This document shows positions 27,330-34,130 of a stretch of 34,130 nt of DNA, piece after piece. The notes under the pieces were generated by a model. It made no database searches, was not told the DNA's origin, and was given only the letters and a program-made list of their open reading frames with translations. Each line of letters begins with the position of its first letter. Within the stretch, counting starts at the first letter, position 1. The translations under genes and the position numbers were made by a program. The stretch lies in the sequence record DRR723986_7992. One strand, written 5' to 3'.

Positions 27330-28049
27330 TCACCCCTTGCGCCCCAGATAGACGGCCTGGGTCACCTCGCGCCCGTCCTGTAAGGGGTTTGCGAACACCA
27401 CCGGTTCGGCCCAGGCCGCGTCAAACGCCTGGCCAAGCAGGGCCGTGATGGCCTCGTCCGGGGCCTCGTCCGACCACAGCCCGACGATCCCGCCCGGCTT
27501 CACGAACCGCTGGACCGCGCGCAGGCCCTCGGGCGTGTAAAAGCCTTTGGATCCGCCATGCAGCAGCCGCTCCGGCGTGTGGTCGATGTCGATCAGCAGG
27601 GCGTCATACTGGCGGCCGGGCTGGTCTCTATCAAAGCCCACTTCCGAGGCTGCCATGGCGAAGAAATCGCCCTGCACCAGCCGGCAGCGCGGGTTGTCGG
27701 CAAGCTCGGTTTTCATCGGCACGAGACCTTCCTCATGCCAGCGGATGACTGGCTCCAGAAGGTCAACCACGGTGAGGTCAGCAACGCTCTCATGGGCCAG
27801 AACGGCCTGCGCGGTGTAACCAAGCCCAAGTCCGCCCACCAGCACGTCCAGCTTGTCGCCGCCGAGGGCCGCAAGCCCCTTGTCCGCCAGCGCGATTTCC
27901 GAGGCAGTGAACAGGCTCGACATCAGGTGCTCCTCGCCAAGGAGGATTTCGAAGACGTCGGTCTTCAGCGCCAGGATATGCCGGCGGCGCAGGGAAATCG
28001 CGCCGATCGGTGTCGGCGCGTAGTCCAGTTCTTCAAACAGCCTGCTCAT
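27330..28049 (-). CDS. Spermidine synthase-like SAM-dependent methyltransferase-fold protein
   Basis: VLVGGLGLGYTA SAM motif, LMSSLFTASE, YDALLIDIDH. Confidence 0.85.
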   Translation of the reverse strand: MSRLFEELDYAPTPIGAISLRRRHILALKTDVFEILLGEEHLMSSLFTASEIALADKGLAALGGDKLDVLVGGLGLGYTAQAVLAHESVADLTVVDLLEPVIRWHEEGLVPMKTELADNPRCRLVQGDFFAMAASEVGFDRDQPGRQYDALLIDIDHTPERLLHGGSKGFYTPEGLRAVQRFVKPGGIVGLWSDEAPDEAITALLGQAFDAAWAEPVVFANPLQDGREVTQAVYLGRKG

Positions 28050-28050
28050 C

Positions 28051-29049
28051 TCAGCAATAGCGCTCCGGCCCGATGCTTTGCACGTCCGAGTAGCGGTCGC
28101 CGTGGGCCCAGCCGACAGGCAGCACGGCCTCGATACGCTCCAGATCCGCTGCCGTCAGGGTCAGCGCCGCGCCCGAGATGCATTCCCGCAGGTGCTCCAC
28201 GGAGCGCGTTCCCGGGATCGGGATCACATGCGGCCCGCGGGTCAGCAACCAGGCATTCGCCAGCCCCGCCGCCGTCGTGCCCATCTCCGCCGCAAGCTTG
28301 CGGAAGCCCTCCATGATGCGCAGGTTCTCCGTCAGGTTCGGCTCCATGAACCGCGGGTTGGTGCTGAGGAACGGCAGCTCGGCGATCCGCTCACGCGGGA
28401 TCGGATGGTCCGTCAGCAGCGAGCGGCCCACGGGCGAGAACGCCACCATGGCAACACCAAGCTCGGCGCAGGCCTGCACCAGCCCGAGATCGGGCGCGCG
28501 CGTGGAGAGCGAATATTCCGATTGAACGGCCGCGACAGGAAACACCTTCATGGCGCGGCGCAGGGTCGACGGCGCGATTTCCGACAGGCCGATGGCGCGG
28601 GTCTTGCCCTTTTCAACCAGCCGGCCGAGATTGGCCGCCGTTTCTTCCGGCGTAAAGCGCGGGTCGCGGCGATGGGCGTAGAACAGGTCCACGCACTCCA
28701 CGCCAAGCCGCTGCAGAGACTTGTCCAGCTCGGCTTCAAGGTGCTCCGCCGAATTGTCGAAGCTGCGGTTGCCGTCCGCATCGGTGGTGATCGTGGCCTT
28801 GGTCGCGATCACGAATTCGTCCCGCGCACCGGGATTGGCTTTCAGATAGGTGCCGAGGGCGCTTTCCGATTTGCCCATGCCGTAGACATTGGCCGTGTCC
28901 AGATGCGTGACCCCCAGATCGCGGCAGGCATTCAAAATGGCGTGGCTTTCCGTTTCGTTTGTCGGCCCGTACATGTCGGAGAAGGACATCGCCCCATAGC
29001 CGATGGCACCCACTTCCGGCCCGTTGGCACCCAATCTGCGTTGTTCCAT
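28051..29049 (-). CDS. Aldo/keto reductase
   Basis: LDTANVYG, VIATK, DLFYAHRRDP, IGLSE, VQSEYSL, PIPGTR. Confidence 0.95.
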   Translation of the reverse strand: MEQRRLGANGPEVGAIGYGAMSFSDMYGPTNETESHAILNACRDLGVTHLDTANVYGMGKSESALGTYLKANPGARDEFVIATKATITTDADGNRSFDNSAEHLEAELDKSLQRLGVECVDLFYAHRRDPRFTPEETAANLGRLVEKGKTRAIGLSEIAPSTLRRAMKVFPVAAVQSEYSLSTRAPDLGLVQACAELGVAMVAFSPVGRSLLTDHPIPRERIAELPFLSTNPRFMEPNLTENLRIMEGFRKLAAEMGTTAAGLANAWLLTRGPHVIPIPGTRSVEHLRECISGAALTLTAADLERIEAVLPVGWAHGDRYSDVQSIGPERYC

Positions 29050-29229
29050 GTGTCCCCTCTATGCGCTGGAAAAGCTGAAGAGCTCTTTTCTTAAGCCATT
29101 GTCCCGGGCGCTGAAAGGGCGGACGTGGCAGCGCAGCCGGTGTTGTAAATATCGTGCCACACCCGTGCTGATCACGATCTTGTTTTTCAAGCTCTAGCAG
29201 GTTGCGGAAAGGGGGAGGCGATGAGCGTG

Positions 29230-30342
29230 CTAACAGCCTTCTGGCTTGTCCCAAGACTTTTTTTCTAAGTAAGCAGGACGCAATGAAGGTTCGCAGAGAG
29301 GTGGCGGGCGCAATTTTCGACCAAACATATCCGTTCCAAGTATTGGAGGCCGATCTGCCCATGCCCAAGCCTGATCGAGCTGTTCCTGCTTGAGATACGG
29401 CGCGCATACCTTCTCGCCGTCAATGATGACTGAACAAAAGTCGGCTCCCGAAAGATTTATTCCGTGCAGTGTGTGATTTGCGAGATTTGCAGCACCTAAT
29501 TTTGCACCTTCAAACCTAACATTACTTAAAAAGGCGTTTGTGAAGTCTGCATAACGAAGATCGGCTCCCGTAAAATCTGTAAATCCGAAATTGGCACCGC
29601 TGAAATCAGCGAATTTGAGATCAGCTTGCGAAAGATTAGCCCACCCCAACAACGCTCTGGAGAAATTTGCACTAACAAGTTCAGCACCAATAAGTTTGGC
29701 CTTATGAAGATCGACACCAGAGAAATCTACGTCAGCCATCTTTGCTCGCGGTGCGGTTTTAAGGGGTGTAACTCCATCAAGAAAAACGCCCGTTTCACAC
29801 TTGTCTTTCTCGGCGTTCCATCCACCCATCGTTTTGCACGACAAATCCAACCCCTCCAATTCAACGCCGAGATTTATCAACGTCTCAAGGGCTTCTTTTT
29901 TTCCCGAATTGCCCCGCGCTTTGGTGGTGAGAACACTCCACGCAGAAACAATTCGTCCGCGTTCAGCCTCTTGTTGGGCAAATTCAAGTTGTCTTTTTGT
30001 GACCTCGTTAGCTTCAAGCGCCAAGGTTGTCTGTCGTTGGGTTTCTTTGAGAGCCTCAAGAGTAGCCTGATTGGCCTCTCGTGCGAGTTGCGTTTGGTGT
30101 TGGGTTTCCACAAGCGCATCACGTGTCCAAAGCGCAGAATAGATCGAAACCACAAAAGCGGCGGCAGCTATCAAGAGCGCTGCCATCTCGATCATCTTCC
30201 AAGTTCTCCAAAAACGCCGCTTTGGCCGGTTAACTGTAGCAAGATCACCTATGGGCACTTGGCCTGCTGTACCTGCTCGGAACCTAAATGGTTTTCCAGT
30301 CCGCTTAACGGTCTGTCTTTGAACCTTTTTCCAATTCCTCAT
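29230..30342 (-). CDS. Membrane-anchored pentapeptide-repeat protein with coiled-coil stalk
   Basis: Basic N-terminus, one TM (ALLIAAAAFVVSIYSALW), heptad repeats, a run of A(D/N)(L/F)xx pentapeptides; start uncertain (ATG 30342). Confidence 0.85.
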   Translation of the reverse strand: MRNWKKVQRQTVKRTGKPFRFRAGTAGQVPIGDLATVNRPKRRFWRTWKMIEMAALLIAAAAFVVSIYSALWTRDALVETQHQTQLAREANQATLEALKETQRQTTLALEANEVTKRQLEFAQQEAERGRIVSAWSVLTTKARGNSGKKEALETLINLGVELEGLDLSCKTMGGWNAEKDKCETGVFLDGVTPLKTAPRAKMADVDFSGVDLHKAKLIGAELVSANFSRALLGWANLSQADLKFADFSGANFGFTDFTGADLRYADFTNAFLSNVRFEGAKLGAANLANHTLHGINLSGADFCSVIIDGEKVCAPYLKQEQLDQAWAWADRPPILGTDMFGRKLRPPPLCEPSLRPAYLEKKSWDKPEGC

Positions 30343-30811
30343 CCCAGCCCTACAACCCAAAATTCTAGCAACTTGGAGAAAATTTCCAGCGTGAAAGTCT
30401 ATTTAAAAACAAGGACTTCGATGTCGCCAAAAGCGCTGATTGGCAAGCGCATCTCAAAGTCTCCCCCAGCATGCGCAATTGATCGGACCATACCTTCTCG
30501 AAGCCCGACCAGCTGATCTTAGTAAAGTTCAAGGCGCTCGGAAAGAAGCTAACTCGGTTTTCGCCGATGTCGATGCATGGATTGTCGTCAGTACTGTGGC
30601 TGTCAGCTCAGCTTGAGGCTTTGGTTCTGTTTGCAGGTAGCAAGAATGGCTGCTTCTTCAAGGCTCGCGTCGGGCCATTGCTGCAGTGGTGGAGAAGTCG
30701 GGAGATAATAGCTTCGAGCCTTTTGCAATGCTTTACAATATTTGGCGAATTAGATCACTATGAACGTAGTGTTCAAATTGATGGTGCTTGGACTAAATAA
30801 TTGGGATTTCA

Positions 30812-32551
30812 TTGAGCAACCTTTCAGCAATCATACAACGCGCCTTACTTTCCAAAGGCTTTTTCCCGAGGGAACTCCCGCCTGTTTTCACGACAGTTGA
30901 CTTTGGCGAACACGCCACGCCGATTTTGGCTGATTGGGAAAGCGGGAATGTGTTCAAGACAAAGAACGCTAAGGATTTCGCCAAGGTTGGTGGCAAGAAG
31001 TTCAGGGGAAAGTTAGGTTTCTCGAAAATTCCAAACGCTGAACCGGAAACAATATCAAAGCCGAAAAAGCTCTATGAGCGGCGCAATATCCACATCACTC
31101 ATCCGGTGCCGCAAGCGCTGCTGGTTCGGGAGATCGCTGAAAACTGGAAAACCATACAGAAATGGCTTTCTCGCCAGACATTCTCTGAAGATGAGATCGT
31201 GGTTTCCAGTACCAATGAGGGCGCTATCAAAGGCATAAATTTTCCACTCCACCGCGCCAAGACCGGCTTTATAGAAGCAACCGCAGATTGGCTGGTGAAA
31301 ACGGATATCACACGGTTTTATCCGAGCCTCTACACTCATTCGATTTCATGGGCCGCATATGGCAAGGATTCTGTAAAAGGTAGTCTGAAAACCTATGACG
31401 GCTCCCTCGCAGACCGACTCGATGTTCTGGTCAGAAGCTGCAATCGGAATCAGACGGTTGGAATTCCCATCGGTCCCGAGACATCCCGCATTTTGGCAGA
31501 GATCGTTTCTTCTCGCATTGACCATGATTTCAGCGCCCATTTTCTGAACGCCTCGAAAGATGGAAAGGGCATAAATCCCAAGACAGTGGATCGTCTGCAA
31601 GACGACTGGACAGTTGGCACTTCGTCGCTAGAACAGGCCGAGAACATCCTTAGTGTAATCACCAAGTGCTATCGAGAATACGGATTAGAGATCAACGGAG
31701 CGAAGACCAGTGTCACACACCTGATGAAATCCGAGAGGTTGAATTGGAAATCGGAAATAGCCTCATTTCTGTCTCATCGTCGCGGTGCATTGCATGGGGC
31801 GCGGCTTGTCGAGTTCCTGACGCTTTGCCTCAGGTTGCAACTGGACGTGCCTAGCGATCCAGTTCTCAATTATGCGCTTTCGATCATCGAAGGTCACATT
31901 TTCAGAATAGAAGATTTGGAAGCGGTGGAAACTTTTCTCCTGAAGGCCGCTGCAATTGCGCCGATTTCTCTTGATCGGATCTGCCGCATCATCCTGAACA
32001 TCGACCACGAGACCGGAAAACTTTCGAAGCGTCGTCTAGCTGGACGTTTTGTTGAATTAGCAGAGCGTCACATCGAGAACGGTTCGCTCTACGAAGTAAT
32101 CTGGTTGCTATTTACCGTCAGAGGCCTCAGGCAACCGTTCCTTTCAAAGCGCATAATTGAATTATCGGAAACTGCTCAATCTAGCGCACTTCGACTGTTG
32201 CTTTTGGATATGGATCAGCTCGGACTTTGCATTAAATCTCTGCCGAAGAGCACATGGGAGGCGGAAATCTCGGCGGACAGATGTCTATCGGATTGGACGT
32301 GGCTCTATGCTTACGAGGCTGTCCGAAAAGGCTGGTTAAGCGCAACTCCTGCGTTTTTGGGTTCTCCTTTCCTGAAGCCGATGCATTCGCGAAATGTTGT
32401 TTTCTACGATCCGAAGCGCAATGTTGCACGCTCAAGGAAAGTCAAAAAAGAGCGTGCTCAGGCGCGCAAAGCAGACAACCTCCAAGTTACGAATTTGATC
32501 CGTCTCCTAAGAGGTGTTGACCGCTTTTTCGAATTTGAAGCTGAATACTGA
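30812..32551 (+). CDS. Abi/UG-type (defence-associated, DRT-like) reverse transcriptase with helical C-terminal domain
   Basis: GFFPRELPP N-terminus, KTDITRFYPSLYTHSISW, GIPIGPETSRILAE, catalytic RLQDDW, GLEINGAKT, then a ~280-aa Leu-rich helical region; TTG start. Confidence 0.88.
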   Translation: MSNLSAIIQRALLSKGFFPRELPPVFTTVDFGEHATPILADWESGNVFKTKNAKDFAKVGGKKFRGKLGFSKIPNAEPETISKPKKLYERRNIHITHPVPQALLVREIAENWKTIQKWLSRQTFSEDEIVVSSTNEGAIKGINFPLHRAKTGFIEATADWLVKTDITRFYPSLYTHSISWAAYGKDSVKGSLKTYDGSLADRLDVLVRSCNRNQTVGIPIGPETSRILAEIVSSRIDHDFSAHFLNASKDGKGINPKTVDRLQDDWTVGTSSLEQAENILSVITKCYREYGLEINGAKTSVTHLMKSERLNWKSEIASFLSHRRGALHGARLVEFLTLCLRLQLDVPSDPVLNYALSIIEGHIFRIEDLEAVETFLLKAAAIAPISLDRICRIILNIDHETGKLSKRRLAGRFVELAERHIENGSLYEVIWLLFTVRGLRQPFLSKRIIELSETAQSSALRLLLLDMDQLGLCIKSLPKSTWEAEISADRCLSDWTWLYAYEAVRKGWLSATPAFLGSPFLKPMHSRNVVFYDPKRNVARSRKVKKERAQARKADNLQVTNLIRLLRGVDRFFEFEAEY

Positions 32552-32641
32552 ATGATAGTAGACGTCCACGAAGTTTTTATTGCTGCTATTCGAGGACGCC
32601 GCAGCAAACGGCCTCTCCCCACCCATCCTAGACACCACCCC

Positions 32642-34130
32642 TCAATGAAAATCCCGGCTCGGGAACAGCCGCTTGGCCTGTTCGCGCGGGTGTATGGCGC
32701 GGGTGCGTTGTGCGTCTGATTTCAGATGCACCGGCACGTCGTCGGTCTTGGTGGTCGTCTGGCCCAGAACGTCGTCGTTCGGGTGGCCGAGAAGCGACAG
32801 GTCGCGGGAGCGGTCTTCGATGTGGTCGGCGATCAGGTGAACGACCATGCCTTCGCGCTCCAGCCGCCCGGTGACCTTGAGGAGCCGTCCGCCGAGAACG
32901 GCGGGCCGGAATTTTTCGTACATCTTCGGCCAGACAACCACGTTGGAAACGCCGGTCTCGTCCTCCAGCGTCAGGAAGATCACGCCCGAGGCCGTGCCCG
33001 GGCGCTGGCGGGTGATCACCAGCCCGCAGACGGAAACGCGGCGCGCCTCGCGCGGGGTCAGCGCCGCCAGCCGGTCATGCGGGGTCAGATGCGGGATATG
33101 CGGGCGCAGCAGTTCCATCGGGTGGGCGCGCAAGGTCAGCCGGGTAGACAGGTAATCCTCCACCACTTCCTGCCCCAGATGCATGGTGGGCAGGAGGACA
33201 TCCGGCTCGAAGATCGCCTCGCCGTCGATGGGGTCGTTGAAGAGCGGCAGCGGTTTGGGGCTGCGGATGGTCTTCACCTGCCACAGCGCGGCCCGGCGGC
33301 TGAGCCCCATGCCGGCAAAGGCATCGGCTTCGGCCAGCCGCTCCAGCGTGGCCGGCATGACGCCGGTGCGCAGCCACAGGGTTTCCGTGTCCGGATAGCC
33401 GTTGCCGCGGGCAGCGACGATCCAGGCCGCGTCCTCCTCGCGCAGGCCCTTGATCTGGCGAAACCCCAGGCGCAGCGCCAGCGCGCCGTCGCTGCGCCGT
33501 TCCAGGGTGTTGTCCCACAGGCTGGTGTTGACGCACACGGGACGCACCTCCACCTGGTGCTCGCGGGCATCGCGCACGATCTGCGCCGGAGCATAGAAGC
33601 CCATCGGCTGGGCATTCAGCAGCGCGCAGGCGAACTCGGCCGGGAAGTGGCACTTCAGATAGGCCGAGACATAGGCCAGCATGGCAAAGGCGGCGGCATG
33701 GCTTTCCGGAAAGCCGTATTCGCCGAACCCCTCGATCTGGCCGAAGCAGTTCTGGGCGAATTCCAGCTCGTAGCCGCGCTCCAGCATGCCGGAGATGAAC
33801 TTGTCCTTCAGCTGCCCGATGGTGCCCATGCGCCGGAAGGTGGCCATGGAGCGGCGCAGCTTGTCGGCTTCCGACGGCGTGAACCCGGCGGCGACCACGG
33901 CGATCTGCATGGCCTGTTCCTGGAACAGCGGCACGCCAAGCGTCTTGCCCAGCACCTCCTCCAGCGCCTTGGAGGGGAAGGTGACCTTCTCCCGGCCCTG
34001 GCGGCGGTTGATGTAAGGGTGCACCATGCCGCCCTGGATCGGGCCGGGGCGCACGATCGCCACCTCGATGACGAGGTCGTAGAACTGGCGCGGGCGCATG
34101 CGCGGCAGGAAATTCATCTGCGCCCGGCTT
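32642..34130 (-). CDS. dnaE2: Error-prone DNA polymerase DnaE2 (ImuC), 5' end outside the window
   Basis: SRAQMNFLPR, VAIVRPGPIQGGMVHPY, TLGVPLFQEQAM, YGFPESHAA, LLNAQPMGFY, RQRPGTASGVIFLTLEDETG, terminal SRDFH. Confidence 0.97.
   Translation of the reverse strand, partial: SRAQMNFLPRMRPRQFYDLVIEVAIVRPGPIQGGMVHPYINRRQGREKVTFPSKALEEVLGKTLGVPLFQEQAMQIAVVAAGFTPSEADKLRRSMATFRRMGTIGQLKDKFISGMLERGYELEFAQNCFGQIEGFGEYGFPESHAAAFAMLAYVSAYLKCHFPAEFACALLNAQPMGFYAPAQIVRDAREHQVEVRPVCVNTSLWDNTLERRSDGALALRLGFRQIKGLREEDAAWIVAARGNGYPDTETLWLRTGVMPATLERLAEADAFAGMGLSRRAALWQVKTIRSPKPLPLFNDPIDGEAIFEPDVLLPTMHLGQEVVEDYLSTRLTLRAHPMELLRPHIPHLTPHDRLAALTPREARRVSVCGLVITRQRPGTASGVIFLTLEDETGVSNVVVWPKMYEKFRPAVLGGRLLKVTGRLEREGMVVHLIADHIEDRSRDLSLLGHPNDDVLGQTTTKTDDVPVHLKSDAQRTRAIHPREQAKRLFPSRDFH

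Larger units (their letters stand above)
29200..32640. mobile_element. Putative horizontally acquired AT-richer islet at the 3' end of dnaE2 (no integrase seen)
   Basis: Visible rise in A/T and A/T-ending codons relative to the flanks; carries only accessory genes; boundaries approximate. Confidence 0.6.

Noticed and set aside
29626-30516. 296-aa plus-strand ORF in the islet
   Set aside because: Antisense to the pentapeptide-repeat gene; Ser/Phe/Cys-rich and motif-free
30762-30774. GAAC-N5-GTTC as a LexA box for the RT
   Set aside because: Fits neither the alphaproteobacterial GTTC-N7-GTTC nor the Gram-positive GAAC-N4-GTTC consensus
30567-30800. 77-aa ORF ending 11 nt before the RT
   Set aside because: No well-placed RBS or recognisable motif, and it overlaps the hairpin-rich spacer; cannot be supported as a gene
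30812-32551. RT as a group II intron, retron, DGR or CRISPR-associated RT
   Set aside because: No YADD, maturase X/En domain or domain V hairpin; no retron NAxxH or VTG motifs; no template/variable repeat pair; no cas1 or array
30677-32586. ATTGCTGC present both upstream and downstream of the RT as cassette-boundary repeats
   Set aside because: Only 8 bp identical with divergent flanks; not distinguishable from chance without a genome-wide motif search
1-34130. CRISPR arrays, tRNA/rRNA genes, IS elements or integrases
   Set aside because: No regularly spaced repeats, cloverleaf signatures, or transposase/recombinase motifs were seen

Overview
GC-rich alphaproteobacterial chromosomal segment; gene content and codon style suggest a Roseibium/Labrenzia-like organism, which is an inference. 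From left to right: a compound tetranucleotide microsatellite at the window edge; an exported glutathione peroxidase; a PspA/IM30-centred yjfI-J-K-L-M-C-type envelope-stress cluster split into two divergent operons and including a K+-channel gene; an orphan 60-aa ORF with a sequestered RBS; an LLM monooxygenase plus flavin reductase with a MarR-like regulator; a LysR, a divergent adenine-deaminase-like amidohydrolase and a YitT/YczE membrane protein; VOC, GNAT, CynX-MFS and GntR genes; an orphan NlpC/P60-like cysteine hydrolase; AKR-MFS-LysR; several exported proteins (COG3904-like, Tat intradiol-dioxygenase-like plus ferric-reductase-like membrane protein, matrixin, PRC barrel); DUF2161; a WYL regulator with a VOC gene; a spermidine-synthase-like methyltransferase with an AKR. 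The most interesting part is an AT-richer islet of about 3.4 kb (~29200-32640) abutting the 3' end of dnaE2. It encodes a stand-alone Abi/UG (defence-associated, DRT-like) reverse transcriptase with a non-canonical catalytic motif (LQDD instead of YxDD) and a C-terminal Tyr. The RT gene is preceded by a ~470-bp hairpin-rich spacer and is divergent from a membrane-anchored pentapeptide-repeat gene. No rRNA, tRNA, CRISPR array, transposase or integrase was seen. All family calls come from motif recognition by eye, not from database searches.
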